A DNA stretch of 64,000 nucleotides. Origin: Pelagomonas calceolata (lineage: Eukaryota). How positions within the stretch are numbered: the first letter of the stretch is position 1; each line of letters begins with the position of its first letter. Shown piece after piece: positions 22,423-33,659 of this stretch. The notes beneath the pieces were generated by a model. That model was given only the letters and a program-made list of their open reading frames with translations. It searched no databases and was not told where the DNA came from. The position numbers and the translations under genes were made by a program. The DNA lies in contig CAKKNE010000005.1 in the NCBI GenBank assembly GCA_918797485.1, positions 2,356,001 to 2,420,000 on the forward strand, in the 5' to 3' direction.

Positions 22423-22791
22423 ATGGTGAACCTCCTCACATTAAACACGCTGCGCTGCAGCCGCAAGGACGTCACCGAGGGCCGCCTCACTCTGACAACA
22501 TCAAGGGTAGAGGTCCGGCCGACGAGCGACTACGACGCGGCCTTCCTGCAGCACCTGCTCCCGTCGCTCGAGTGGGACCAGCTCGTCGCCATGGCGTTGG
22601 TGGTTGGCGTGACGCTGCCCGCGGAATTAAACGAGACGCTGCGCGGCGACGACGCCTTCCTCCGCGCGCTGCACCACGTCCTCTTCGACGTCCAGGTCCT
22701 CGAGGGCTCGCTCTGTTGTGCGGAGTCGGGCCAGATATTTCAAATCGCCGAGGGCATCGCGGACATGATGCTGCCCGAGGCGGTGGTTTAG
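22423..22791 (+). CDS. TRM112: Trm112 methyltransferase activator
   Basis: MVNLLTLNTLRC...FLRALHHVLFDVQVLEGSLCCAESGQIFQIAEGIADMML. Confidence 0.9.
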   Translation: MVNLLTLNTLRCSRKDVTEGRLTLTTSRVEVRPTSDYDAAFLQHLLPSLEWDQLVAMALVVGVTLPAELNETLRGDDAFLRALHHVLFDVQVLEGSLCCAESGQIFQIAEGIADMMLPEAVV

Positions 22792-22816
22792 GTTTTATAG
22801 TAACATTGTGATAGTC

Positions 22817-24094
22817 TTAGTGAAATGTGTACAAAACGTGGCGCCCCGCGGGGCACTTCTTCTGGTGCTCGGCCCAATGCGCGCGCTGGCACGCCTCAGA
22901 ACAGTAACGCGCCTCGCCACACCCGCTACAGACGAGGTAGCGCGGCTCCGAAAGGTCGGCTCGCTTGAAACAGTGGGCACAGACGCGTCGTCGGACCCTA
23001 TGCCAGTAAGGCCGGAAGCGGGGCCAATTTTCGATGGCCTTTAACGCACCCAGAAGGCCCGCGGCCCTAAAGCGCGGGAGTATTATCATGTTCGAATACT
23101 CTTGAAAAGCCTTTCTGACATCGGGGTATGTAATTTCTAACTCCTGTCGGATCGACGCCGTCGCCTCGTTAAGCCTATCCATATCAGCCGGTGATATAGG
23201 CCTCCCGCCGGCGACGGACGACATACGGGGAATTTCCCGCTCGTCCCGAGACATATCCTCGTGGCGGGTCCTCCAGTTCTCCGCATCAGCCACGACGTAG
23301 CTCCGCTTTGCCGCGCGCCTCGCTGCGCGGGCATCACCGCAGATCCGCCAGCGGAGCTCGCGGAGCGACAGCGTTTCGCCGCCCAGCTTCATGTCGTCGA
23401 AGACGACGTGGTACGCCAGCGCGTCCACATCAAGCTCTGGGTTCATTTCGAGTATGGACAGGACGCGCCCGAGGCCGCGGCCGCCCTCGCGGGCGTCGCG
23501 GAAGAACTGGCCTACTAATAATTCTCCGGACATCGAACAGATGCGGCGGTGGCACGCGTACAAGGCCTGCTCCTTCGTAGCACCGTCGTGCCAGCGGATC
23601 TTGAAGGCGTCGGGCATAGCTTCAAATTGGGCGGCGAGAGTTGCCGCGTCATATTTCACGGCCGCGCGCGATGTTTGCGCCCGTATAGCCGTCGTGAAGA
23701 GCTCGTAGGCGGAGAGCGGCTTTGGGGGTGGCACGTCGTGCATGGGCAGCTGGCGGCCCGCCCGCTTCTTCTCTCGCTCGCGCATTATGAATGGTTCCTT
23801 GTTTGCGCCTGATTCAATGTACTCGTCGACAGTCACGTGATCAGGCACCTCTATCTCACCACCCAACAGTTTGTCCTGTCGAGTGAGGGCCTGCCTAGCG
23901 ACGGGCACGCCCGTCGATGCCTCGAGCTTGACCTTCACGTCTCTGATAGTCTTGCCACGTGCCATATCCAGACCTAGAGTTTGTTTTTTTGTGTCTCCGT
24001 CCATCCATGCAACGAGTGTGTTCACTTGCACATATTTCGGTTTGCTCGCAGGCGTAGCACCAGCACCTCGCACCCTCCGGCTTTTCTTACCCAT
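22817..24094 (-). CDS. Ubiquitin-like + HMG-box-like + MYND zinc-finger protein
   Basis: TIRDVKVKLEASTGVPVARQAL (Ubl), PPKPLSAYELF (HMG), CAHC...CSGCGEARYCSEACQRAHWAEHQKKC (MYND). Confidence 0.75.
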   Translation of the reverse strand: MGKKSRRVRGAGATPASKPKYVQVNTLVAWMDGDTKKQTLGLDMARGKTIRDVKVKLEASTGVPVARQALTRQDKLLGGEIEVPDHVTVDEYIESGANKEPFIMREREKKRAGRQLPMHDVPPPKPLSAYELFTTAIRAQTSRAAVKYDAATLAAQFEAMPDAFKIRWHDGATKEQALYACHRRICSMSGELLVGQFFRDAREGGRGLGRVLSILEMNPELDVDALAYHVVFDDMKLGGETLSLRELRWRICGDARAARRAAKRSYVVADAENWRTRHEDMSRDEREIPRMSSVAGGRPISPADMDRLNEATASIRQELEITYPDVRKAFQEYSNMIILPRFRAAGLLGALKAIENWPRFRPYWHRVRRRVCAHCFKRADLSEPRYLVCSGCGEARYCSEACQRAHWAEHQKKCPAGRHVLYTFH

Positions 24095-24226
24095 TATTGA
24101 TGATCGAGAGCGCAGCGCTGTGATATAGACGGTGGGCAACTGGCGCCTGCCCTGGCGTGCCTCGCAGTCACGTGTGCGTCGTGCGCCAGAGAGCAAAAGG
24201 AGGGTCAAGGCGACGAGCAAGCGGAG

Positions 24227-24248
24227 CTAGCGGCCAGTAAGACACTAG
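24227..24248. promoter_or_regulatory. CTAG-box motif copy
   Basis: CTAGCGGCCAGTAAGACACTAG upstream of the MYND gene. Confidence 0.65.
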
Positions 24249-24325
24249 CTCCGCAGTGAGTCCGCACTTAGCACCTAACAGACAGGACGGACACAATCTT
24301 CTTTCTTACGCACAAATATCAGGAA

Positions 24326-27300
24326 CTAGCACCACGGCGACCACCCCGGGAACAGCACGCACAGGTTGTCCCGGTCCGTCGCCTCCGCTATCAAATGCGT
24401 CACTTGGCCCTCGACGCTCAATGCATCATGAGTCGTATCGGAATACCCCTGGAGCTTCTGCTTCACTCTAAATAATGCTCGTTCGGCCGCCTGGTTGTCC
24501 GGCGGCGCCGCGGACTCCCGGTCCGCCTGCGAGTCGCCCTCGCGTTGGAACCGAGACGCGTCGCCTGGGGTCAACATCCACCGGTAGAGAGGATCATGTA
24601 TTAACACATCCAAAATAGTCGTGAGGGCCTGGTAGTTCTGCCGCAACTCGCTCATGCAGTCGACAGATGAAGAAAAGAACGCGCCGCGCGTACCAGCACA
24701 GCCCATCCCGTCGATGACATCCCGCGACAGCCGAAAGGGAATGACCTCGGGCATCGTCAATGTCTTGCCCTGGTCGAAGGCGATGCCGAAATCAATGTGG
24801 ACCTGTTCTCCCGTTTTACTATCAATAAGTATATTCTGGACGTGTCGGTCGCCGATCCCGAGGACATGTCCCACCATCGCATTGGCTGCCACGGATCGCG
24901 TATACGCATCTCTATGCCTTAACCATGTTTTGGCGTCCGCACACGTTTCTAAAAAGAAAAATCTAAAGGCCGGCCGGAATCTACTACAAACTTCGTCAAA
25001 CGCTTTTCGTTTTCTAGCTTGGGTGGTATTCACAGGTTTCCGTTGGGTAGAAGACGCAGATTGCGACGTGTGCTTGATGGCATCTAACCGTTGTCGACAC
25101 TGCGTGTGTTTTAAATCCTCGGGAAAGTACCTCTCGTGCGCGCCTTTCGGCTCGTTGCGAGGTACGAGGTACATGCCAAAGGGCAAGGTGTGCTCGACCC
25201 ATTCTATCACACCCGCTTGAGGAGCTAACGGTACGATGGCGTAGGTCCTCACTCGCAGACCGTGCGGTCTCCGTTTCCTCTCTAGTAGGTTATTCACGGC
25301 GTCGAAGACCTGCTGCATCACGGCATCCTGCCGCACGTCATCGTTGCCCTTGACTAACTGCCTTCTCTTCAGACCGTCACTCCCAACACAGGACACGATC
25401 TTCGGTCGATGAATACCCGAATCGGTCAGCTTGAAGGTCTGCACGACACTCGAGAGAGAGGGAGCATCACTACCGGAAGACGTAGACGACCCTAATGCCG
25501 TAATTACTGGAGGAGGTTCAGATCTTTGTAATTTCTTAGCTACGGTGTCGAGAGCACAATTCGCCTTAAAAACACTGAAGGGTATAGGATTTGTCTGATA
25601 CGTCTGCTGGATCTTCTTGGTGTCGGCCATGGCGAGGTCCACGTAGCACTGCGCTAACAAGTCTAGGGAGTTCGCAACGGCGCCCTGTTCGCTTCGTAGT
25701 AATCCATCCAATAGTTTCCTTGCGACTCGAACCCTCTCGCTACCCTCAACATTTTTAGCGAAAGCTGTCGAGCCCTTGCCGGCGTCGACTCGCGAACCGT
25801 TCGCAAGAGCTATCAACTGTAAGATGGTCTTGGCCGGTGCGGCTTTTGCGAGTTGTAGGAGTAAGGCTTCCAGCGTTTTCTGGAAATTGTTGCCGTGTGA
25901 GGCTAGTCTAGAAGACAGCTGGTAGAGTAGCGGCGCAAAAGCTAATAACCTCGACAACGGTGCTTTTCTCACCACTTTCATGAGTTGTTCATTCGAAGCG
26001 TCCACATCAGGGTTGCCGAGCCACAAACTCACTAACGTGGACGCCGCTCGTCTAGCTAAATCGTCGCAGGCGCCCTCGCCCATCAAAACGCCACAAAGAG
26101 CCTCGATACTTTCGACGAGGGCCGCTTCCGTCCGGCCCGTCAACGCATCTAGTTGATCCGAGTCCATCTTGCACTCCCTCTTCAGTATTGTGACTTGCCG
26201 CCACAAATGGTCGCGCCCGCCCGCCTCCGACGCGATCTTTTTCGCTTCCGCCGTGTCCGCCAATGACAAATGACCACTACCTCTAGGTGTTTTTCTACCA
26301 ACAGAATCAACAGCAGCATACAAACGCTCTAGTCTTTCGAGTTCTCTTTTCCGCTCCGAGGCGACTTTGCGAGCCTGGCGCCACTCCGGCGTTTTACTTC
26401 GAGTCACTAGCGACGCATGCATGTCCGCGACGTACTCGCCTAACGCTAGGAGTGCTTTCCTCCTCTCAGATGCTTCCTTGACGGCCGGTCTCAGGTAGGC
26501 TTCTAGGACTCGTGATGAAGATTCGGACGCGTTCTGCGTCGCCCAATCAGAACATAATGACAAAGCGTCCTTTCTAACAGAAGCCATGCGCTTGTCTGAG
26601 GGTGGTATGGTCTCGACGGCCCGACGCGCGACGGCGAGAGCCGCATGAGACTCCCCTCTACTCCAGGCGACCCTAGCTTTCAGTAGCTTGATGCGGCCCG
26701 GCGCGCTCGCATGTTGTGCCTTTCCAATGCGTTGGAGGCTCTTGCAGACGACTTTTGCTCTAGCTGTCGCGGCGACGGCCGTGCCGACGCTGTTTCTAGA
26801 TGAAGCGAGCGACACGACCGACGCCAAGTGGTCCAATAAAGCCGCATCTAGATCGCATGACGTCCGCTCATCATCGCCCAAAGCTACCGAGAGAGCCCTC
26901 AAAGAAGCCTCGCGCGCGGCTAAAGCAGGTTCCGCGTTCGACGAAAAGGCACCTTGAGAGCACCCCAGCGCCGACGCGTCCCGTTGGGACCACCTCTGGA
27001 GCATGTCGTCCAGACCACCGCCATCGTGAGACACCTGGGCCGCTTCTCGAACTTCACAAATACTGACCAACTTCGAACGCGCGTCGTCTATGATTGGTTG
27101 CACCGCGACTCTATGCAGAGGCGCCAACGCCAAGCGACGGGCGTTCTCCAGCCGCTTAAGAGCCGCAGCCTGGTCCCTCGAAGCTACCGCAGCGAGCGCC
27201 CCATGTAAAGCGCCATCGTAATCGACGTCAGTCGCCCCATCGGCGGGCGCCCACGCCCAGTCCGCACTGCGCCAGGCGGCTTCCGCTCCTAACGTCGTCG

Positions 27301-30300
27301 TGGCGTCGATGTAGCCGTCGGCGACGTGGTGCAGGCCCAGTCTTCTCAGGGCTGAAGCGACTGCGGGCTTGTGTTGACTGCCGAGGGACGCATCTAAGTC
27401 TGTGAGGACGTCGCGCCACGTGCCTCGCGCTCGACCTCTCGCTAGCGTGGCGTCCTCATCGTCATCATCCTCGACATTTTCTTGCGCCGCATCCAACGCG
27501 TCGGCGTCGCCTAACAACGCGTGGGCCTTGACCAGCGCTTGGTCGCACCTAGTATTTTCATCGATCGCCAGTTCTCCATGTAACACAGCTGTCCAGGGCG
27601 CGTCCGTTTGCGACGCCGCCTGCGCTATCAATGACGCCGCAATATTGAGAGGGGCACCGTAGGGTAGATTTCCACGACCATTCGAGGATTGTACAATAGT
27701 TAGAGGGTCGAGCTTGGCTTTTTTTCTAGGTCTCTCTTCAGAAGTGCTTCTGACAAACAATTCTAATTCGCATCTTCGTGTAAACGACGCAATATCACAG
27801 GCGAGCTTCCTCTGACAACCGCTCTCGAGCGCGTCCGACAGGTGATCACTAAGAGCGTCTCGAGCTAGATCCCTCGCGGCTTTCCTGCCTTTCGCCGAGT
27901 CGCCCGCCCTTGCGCACACGACATCGTACACCACACCAGGCAATATGAGCGCGGCGAACGGTACCGATTCTGAAGCGAGTGAAGCACAGGCCCCCCACAG
28001 CGCGTCATTACCGGTAGACGGGTAGCATCCCCTCAGTAACGCACCGGCCACTCGACAACTCCACTTTTCATCTTTTTGATTCCAAATCTCTCCATCGAAG
28101 GGCCCCGCGTCCATGTCCATATCGTCCTGACGTCTCTGGCGGTCCTGATGTCGGTCTTCGTCCATCAAAGCTGCTGCTCTAATAGATGCGTCGCTGAGGA
28201 AGGGCAATACTAGTGCGGAGTGGGCGTCGTCGCCGCAGCTCCTTCTCACGTCTTCGTCGCTCGCCGCCGATAGATGGCGCATCGTTTCTAAGGCGGCCTT
28301 CGCGATCGTTGGGTCGTCATCCACCAGCGCGCGCGCGACGGCGCGGCAGCTCCTCAATCTTAGCGTCGCTAGTGACTGAGGGAATCTTGAATCTTCTTCT
28401 TGCAGCGGGGGCTCGTCATTCATAGTACTCTGCGCACCGCCCAATTCTCCTAAACAGTCCGCTGCTAATGATCGTTCCCGCTCGTTTGTAGTAGAGGCGC
28501 AGATCGTCGCTAGGGATGCCGTCGAGACATGTCCTCCTTCCAGTCTTAGTTGTTTAAGTAGCGATGCCAACGCGAAGGCTCTTCTAGGTCTCTCTAACGG
28601 TCCGGGGTCTGTCCGGTGTATGTCCCCAAATAAAGCGAGCCAGTCCCAGTCGTTGTGATGGCCCGCGCTCGCGAAGCGCTGGGACGGTAATAACGCTGAT
28701 GCTCGCGCGAGGTCGGGGTGCGGCCTCATTACTAATGCTTCCACAACCTTCCGGGCCTTGTCCCTTCCAGATACACTGCACCTTTTGATGGACATCCAGC
28801 CGCCGTCCTCTTCATTGTCAGAGCGCGCTATCGACCCGGCTAGAACCGCAATGGTAGCTACTAATGGTTGGAGCGCTCGACGGCCCGCGTCCGTACTTAG
28901 GCACCGCAGGACGACCTTATTTAGTAAATCACTCACTTCTTCAGGTTCCGTCGCGACACTTCTCACGAAATGACTCAAAGCCGCCGTGACGACGCCCGCG
29001 ATCGCTACCGTATCTTCAGTATCATCATTAGTACCTTCTAACAAACACGCGCCGCGGAGGATCGCTCCCACGGATTGGAGCGAAGTGCTCCTCAGCACCA
29101 ATTCGGTCGCGTTGCACCTCTGTAAAAGCATCTTGACTGTAGTGCTGTGGTCTGATGAAGCTAACTCCGCCAGAGCTTCGGACACCCGCTCACTATGAGT
29201 ATCTTCCAGTATAGCTGAAGCGACGAAGTGAACTCGTGACCCGATGAACTGGTTGCACCGCTCCGAACCACCTAACTCTCTATCCAAAAATTCGCGCATG
29301 CGTTGGGAGGCGTTCTTCCTCGCCAATTTTATGGACTCCTTCTCGTCTTCCCTCGATGCCGCTCTACGTAATAAAACGCCGGCGACAACTTGGGGCGCCA
29401 CGTTGCCCACTAAGTGTCGGCGCCCGGCGTCGTCTCCACCTAACCCACTCAGATCGGCCAGGGTGCTGAACGCGGCAAATCGCAAGGACGCGTCCTGCGC
29501 GGCCGCGAGCGGTGCCGCGGCTTGCCGCGACGCCATCACCGCGAAGGCTCGCTTTGTGGGGGCGAGTCCACAGAATGCATAGGGAAATTCGGCCAACGTG
29601 TGGGCTTGTTTACCCGTAGAAGCACCCGTCGTCGCGTCGATGCCGCACCACTCGGCGACGACAGCGCCCAATCTTCTATGTAGTAACTCAGCCGCACTCG
29701 CGAGGCCTTGCGCTTTCGCAGCTCTCGCGCAGGCCGCGCCGGCGACGCTCACCATGGTGTCGCGCGTCGCCGCACGCACTAACGCTCCCAAAGCTCTGTC
29801 AGTAGCCCCACCATTCACGACCCCGGCGACGACACCGACGCACCTCGCGCACGTCGCTTCTAATGCCCTCCAATGAGCAGCGTTCGCCGAGATCGATTGA
29901 TCGTCGTCGTCGTCCGAATCCACGCCGATGCCTCGATCAGGATCGTTATTCTCATCAGATGGCAGGTTGACTTCGTTGTTGGGACCCATCACTAGTAATG
30001 ATTTCTTGGCACAGACGGCGGCGTCGTGCTCCCGATCTTGATCTAAGGACGGTAAATGAGAACAGAGCGTCTGCCAGACCTTGGCGTGGTTCTTCGCGGG
30101 GTAGGCTTCGAAGAGCGCCGCGACGCCGTCCGCCGCCGCCTGCCGGCAAACTTGCGCGTCATCGACAAGAGCGTCGACCACGGTGCGAACACACGACTGC
30201 TTGAGTCTTTTCGCAGCGTCTCCGGACTTGTCGCCCCATGTACTAAATGCGGTCGCGGCGGCCCGGACCTGCGCCGCCCTTGCTGTACCTTTTCTTGATA

Positions 30301-33300
30301 GGGCCACGGCCAATGGGGATGTACTATTAGGGTCCTTGGCGACTAATAAGAGATCGGTACAGGGCGCGACGACCTCGTCGACCTCGTCTTGCGCGCACCT
30401 CGACGTCGCGAGCTGCCCCAACAAAACCCCCAGTGCCTCAAAGGCCTCCGGGGCCGCGGCGTTCGAACTTTTAACGTCATCGTCATCAACGGACTCCACG
30501 ACTAACGCTTGGTTCGGCGCGAGCCAGCCCTTGGACAAGAGACCTAAAGCACACGCGCGCGCGCGCGGCGCCTTGGCCTGGCCGCACCTTTCTAGGATAG
30601 CCCTCGCCACGCGGCCCGCATCTCTTCTATCCCGCATGCACGCTCTAGCACCTCTTCTCGTTCTCACTCGTCGATAGGCCTGGGCCAGCGCTTCGGCCGT
30701 CGAACCGACTTCCGAATCGGACGCCAGGTCCAACGCCGCCCTACTAAGCCACACGGCACAAGCTCGAGAACGCGACGGAATCCGCGCCTCGGAGTCGCGC
30801 TCGACCGTCTTCACGGGCTGCGGGAGGAAGCCGTCGTCGCTGTCGGAATCCATCAAATCGTCCTTCTCTCTCGTTTGTTGCACCGGAGCATCCCGCGACG
30901 CCCTAGCTGCCCCGTAGTTGTCGACCTGGTCTGTGACCTTGTCTCCTAAGTTGCTCAGGTTCGTCTTCAATAATTGGGAAGGGGCCGTCTCTCTTATTGT
31001 AGACGCGACGCTCGCTAATACTCTCGCTGAATCAGCGTACGTGTCCAATTCTAGCAGTGAATCTTCATCACCATAATCCCAGGCCTTTTCTAGATCCTGT
31101 AACGCTCGTCCGACGTCCAGATCCAGATTCCGCGCCCTCTGAGCGTCGCCGCCACACACTCTTAGTTTTCGCAACCGAGCCAGCGCGAACGCGTTCCGGT
31201 GCCTACTAGAAGCCTTGGCCGCGGCCATGGCTCGACGCTTCCCTCTATCGCGGGGCACCTGCGCGCCCCGCATGGAATGCGCCGCTTTTGCAGATTTGAG
31301 CTTGGTCAGGACCTCGTCGACCAACAGGCCGGCCTCGCGCGCGCCGGGGGCGTGCGGCGGCTCGCCTTGGCCCGGAGTGACTTCTTCAATGGTAGGCAGG
31401 GCCCAGGCGTCTTCTTCATGCTCGTCAGACCCTCTCAAGAGCTCGGGCGCCCGCGGCGGCTTTGTCAGAGGTTGTCTCGGTGCAATCAGCGACGCGACGG
31501 TGTCGACGGCCCGGGATAATGCTACAGACGATAACGCGTCGTCGCCGTAGCACCGCTCGATGACCCGACATAGGAACCGGACTAGGCGCTGGCGCCGGTT
31601 CCGCGGCGGCGCCTCGCGCTCCTCGTCGTCCTCCATCGCATCGTCGTCCTCCTCCTCCACATCATCACTCCCACCAACTAACGACACATCTAAGCGCGTC
31701 TTCGCCGCGAAGCCGTTCACAATGGAACACGCACACGCTGTTGTACGAGCGTCGCCCGTCTCAGTAAAAAGTGGAGAGCTCCACAGCGATGATGCCGCTT
31801 GCTGATCACTTAGACCCTGGGCATCCACTAAACCCAGGCCCAGGCAGCCCGCCGCGGCCGACGTCGCCGCCGCTAAATCCCTTTGAGAAAAGCGCGACCG
31901 CCGTTTTTCACCTAACGCTCGCGCGACGCTTTTCCAGGCCGACCGCCACGCTTCTATCAGTGGAGACGACTCGGCCACATCTAACGCTTGCCGCGACGCT
32001 TCTGCGAGTCGTCGTAAAGCAACTAAAGACCAGGCCCGTTCGTCGGACCGCTGCGTGCCGGCCGACGACGCGTCCAGAGCCGATGACGCCGCTTGGACAC
32101 AATCAGCTAAAACGCGGCACCACTCCACACGCGCTTGCAGCACGTCGTCCGTCGATACGTTTTGTGATGCGGACACGACGGCTACATCACAATCCCACGG
32201 CACACGTTCATCATCATTCGTGGCGGCCGACGCCTCCAGAGCCGCAGCTAACAGTTGCAGGGGCGGCGCCGTCGACGTCAGCGACGCCTTCAGGGCGCGT
32301 TCGGGGCCCGGCTTTTGTGAGGCGTCGTCCCTTCTGGCGGCCGAAGTGATCTCCGCCGCCAACGATGTGAGAGCAGCGCCGTCGACGGGCCAGCCCGGCG
32401 GGGCCCTTGCTGCACACAACGACCCGAAGAGGGCGACGTGGGACCTCATCACAGGTCGGAGAGGGGGCGCCTCGGGCCACCTCCGGTCAATCTGCGGCTC
32501 CGCGCCGAGGTTCGCGGCGGCCCTAGCTTTGGCGTTGCTCGCCGCTAAACGAGCGAGGCGCGGCAGCAGCTTCTTGAGCTCGGGGCCGGCCCTTGAAGCG
32601 GCCGCGGCGACGTAGTCGAAGACCGCGCTCTGCACGGACCGAATGCCCGCCTCGCCTCTACTGGGATCCGTGAGGCGCGCGACGCAGGCCGCGGCGACGT
32701 GGCCGAGACCGTGGCAGCCCCGCGCCGCGAGGCGCGCCGCGTCCGCCGGGGCCCTCGAATGGAGCGCGGCGAGCGCCTGGAAGACCTCTACGGCCGGCGC
32801 CTCATCATCTAATTTCTCCTCGACGTAGAGGTTCCGCAAACACCCAGCGCAGGCCCGCGCGAGCGCCTCGCGCGCGTAGCGGTCGTCCGCCAAGTCCGCG
32901 CCCCGCTCCGCTAATCTACGTAACGCCGCGGCGGCGGCCTTCCGCGCGCCCGCGCGCTCGTGCGGCGGCGGCGCCGGGTCCGGAAATCTACCTCGGGCGA
33001 TGCGCGCCGCCGGCGCGCAGATCCGGCGCGCGGCCTGGCGCCCATCGAGGTTCCGCCCGGCCAAGGCCACGGCCGCCGCTTCAATGGCCTCCGGCTCTCC
33101 TAATAATCTTTCGAGGACGCGGCCGTAGGAGATGCACCAGACCTCGCCGGCCTCGCCATAAGCCGCTGATGAAAAGTTGAGCAGGTCCTCTGCACAGCCC
33201 GCCAACCTTCGCCCGGAAGGTCCGTCCGCGCACCACGACGTGATGCGCTCCACCAGATCGCCTACTTCTCGTCTCGGCGCGCGCCGCGTCTTCTTCGCGG

Positions 33301-33481
33301 CGAGCAAATCGAGCTTGGCGCTTTCGATGCTCTTCTTCACTAACCCGACCCAGCTCGCGTCGGAGAGTTGATTGCGCTTCGCGGGCTCGTCCAACAAAGT
33401 CGGGAGCGCGTCGACGGCCTTCTTTCTTGCGTTCGCTTTGCTATTTTCCAGGTCCTCGATGACGGCATAGACGTTGGCCAT
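24326..33481 (-). CDS. ATM: ATM/Tel1 PIKK serine/threonine kinase (single exon, 3051 aa)
   Basis: N-terminal TAN-like LENSKANARKKAV; QLVKGNDDVRQD, GIGDRHVQNIL, HIDFG, PEVIPFRL; FATC LFPGWSPWC. Confidence 0.93.
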   Translation of the reverse strand: MANVYAVIEDLENSKANARKKAVDALPTLLDEPAKRNQLSDASWVGLVKKSIESAKLDLLAAKKTRRAPRREVGDLVERITSWCADGPSGRRLAGCAEDLLNFSSAAYGEAGEVWCISYGRVLERLLGEPEAIEAAAVALAGRNLDGRQAARRICAPAARIARGRFPDPAPPPHERAGARKAAAAALRRLAERGADLADDRYAREALARACAGCLRNLYVEEKLDDEAPAVEVFQALAALHSRAPADAARLAARGCHGLGHVAAACVARLTDPSRGEAGIRSVQSAVFDYVAAAASRAGPELKKLLPRLARLAASNAKARAAANLGAEPQIDRRWPEAPPLRPVMRSHVALFGSLCAARAPPGWPVDGAALTSLAAEITSAARRDDASQKPGPERALKASLTSTAPPLQLLAAALEASAATNDDERVPWDCDVAVVSASQNVSTDDVLQARVEWCRVLADCVQAASSALDASSAGTQRSDERAWSLVALRRLAEASRQALDVAESSPLIEAWRSAWKSVARALGEKRRSRFSQRDLAAATSAAAGCLGLGLVDAQGLSDQQAASSLWSSPLFTETGDARTTACACSIVNGFAAKTRLDVSLVGGSDDVEEEDDDAMEDDEEREAPPRNRRQRLVRFLCRVIERCYGDDALSSVALSRAVDTVASLIAPRQPLTKPPRAPELLRGSDEHEEDAWALPTIEEVTPGQGEPPHAPGAREAGLLVDEVLTKLKSAKAAHSMRGAQVPRDRGKRRAMAAAKASSRHRNAFALARLRKLRVCGGDAQRARNLDLDVGRALQDLEKAWDYGDEDSLLELDTYADSARVLASVASTIRETAPSQLLKTNLSNLGDKVTDQVDNYGAARASRDAPVQQTREKDDLMDSDSDDGFLPQPVKTVERDSEARIPSRSRACAVWLSRAALDLASDSEVGSTAEALAQAYRRVRTRRGARACMRDRRDAGRVARAILERCGQAKAPRARACALGLLSKGWLAPNQALVVESVDDDDVKSSNAAAPEAFEALGVLLGQLATSRCAQDEVDEVVAPCTDLLLVAKDPNSTSPLAVALSRKGTARAAQVRAAATAFSTWGDKSGDAAKRLKQSCVRTVVDALVDDAQVCRQAAADGVAALFEAYPAKNHAKVWQTLCSHLPSLDQDREHDAAVCAKKSLLVMGPNNEVNLPSDENNDPDRGIGVDSDDDDDQSISANAAHWRALEATCARCVGVVAGVVNGGATDRALGALVRAATRDTMVSVAGAACARAAKAQGLASAAELLHRRLGAVVAEWCGIDATTGASTGKQAHTLAEFPYAFCGLAPTKRAFAVMASRQAAAPLAAAQDASLRFAAFSTLADLSGLGGDDAGRRHLVGNVAPQVVAGVLLRRAASREDEKESIKLARKNASQRMREFLDRELGGSERCNQFIGSRVHFVASAILEDTHSERVSEALAELASSDHSTTVKMLLQRCNATELVLRSTSLQSVGAILRGACLLEGTNDDTEDTVAIAGVVTAALSHFVRSVATEPEEVSDLLNKVVLRCLSTDAGRRALQPLVATIAVLAGSIARSDNEEDGGWMSIKRCSVSGRDKARKVVEALVMRPHPDLARASALLPSQRFASAGHHNDWDWLALFGDIHRTDPGPLERPRRAFALASLLKQLRLEGGHVSTASLATICASTTNERERSLAADCLGELGGAQSTMNDEPPLQEEDSRFPQSLATLRLRSCRAVARALVDDDPTIAKAALETMRHLSAASDEDVRRSCGDDAHSALVLPFLSDASIRAAALMDEDRHQDRQRRQDDMDMDAGPFDGEIWNQKDEKWSCRVAGALLRGCYPSTGNDALWGACASLASESVPFAALILPGVVYDVVCARAGDSAKGRKAARDLARDALSDHLSDALESGCQRKLACDIASFTRRCELELFVRSTSEERPRKKAKLDPLTIVQSSNGRGNLPYGAPLNIAASLIAQAASQTDAPWTAVLHGELAIDENTRCDQALVKAHALLGDADALDAAQENVEDDDDEDATLARGRARGTWRDVLTDLDASLGSQHKPAVASALRRLGLHHVADGYIDATTTLGAEAAWRSADWAWAPADGATDVDYDGALHGALAAVASRDQAAALKRLENARRLALAPLHRVAVQPIIDDARSKLVSICEVREAAQVSHDGGGLDDMLQRWSQRDASALGCSQGAFSSNAEPALAAREASLRALSVALGDDERTSCDLDAALLDHLASVVSLASSRNSVGTAVAATARAKVVCKSLQRIGKAQHASAPGRIKLLKARVAWSRGESHAALAVARRAVETIPPSDKRMASVRKDALSLCSDWATQNASESSSRVLEAYLRPAVKEASERRKALLALGEYVADMHASLVTRSKTPEWRQARKVASERKRELERLERLYAAVDSVGRKTPRGSGHLSLADTAEAKKIASEAGGRDHLWRQVTILKRECKMDSDQLDALTGRTEAALVESIEALCGVLMGEGACDDLARRAASTLVSLWLGNPDVDASNEQLMKVVRKAPLSRLLAFAPLLYQLSSRLASHGNNFQKTLEALLLQLAKAAPAKTILQLIALANGSRVDAGKGSTAFAKNVEGSERVRVARKLLDGLLRSEQGAVANSLDLLAQCYVDLAMADTKKIQQTYQTNPIPFSVFKANCALDTVAKKLQRSEPPPVITALGSSTSSGSDAPSLSSVVQTFKLTDSGIHRPKIVSCVGSDGLKRRQLVKGNDDVRQDAVMQQVFDAVNNLLERKRRPHGLRVRTYAIVPLAPQAGVIEWVEHTLPFGMYLVPRNEPKGAHERYFPEDLKHTQCRQRLDAIKHTSQSASSTQRKPVNTTQARKRKAFDEVCSRFRPAFRFFFLETCADAKTWLRHRDAYTRSVAANAMVGHVLGIGDRHVQNILIDSKTGEQVHIDFGIAFDQGKTLTMPEVIPFRLSRDVIDGMGCAGTRGAFFSSSVDCMSELRQNYQALTTILDVLIHDPLYRWMLTPGDASRFQREGDSQADRESAAPPDNQAAERALFRVKQKLQGYSDTTHDALSVEGQVTHLIAEATDRDNLCVLFPGWSPWC

Positions 33482-33659
33482 CTTCTTTTTGCGCTGGCTC
33501 TGTGGCTCCCGAATTTGAAATCTATGTGGTCTCGCGGCGCCGCGGGCCGCAGCGCTGGAGCTCTGCCGTCGCTGCGAGTTCTGCTGTGAGTCCGCTTCGC
33601 TGGCGCGACCTCAGGTGCGCGGCTCGGCGCGGTCTCGGGATCGTCCTTGGCGCGGCTTG

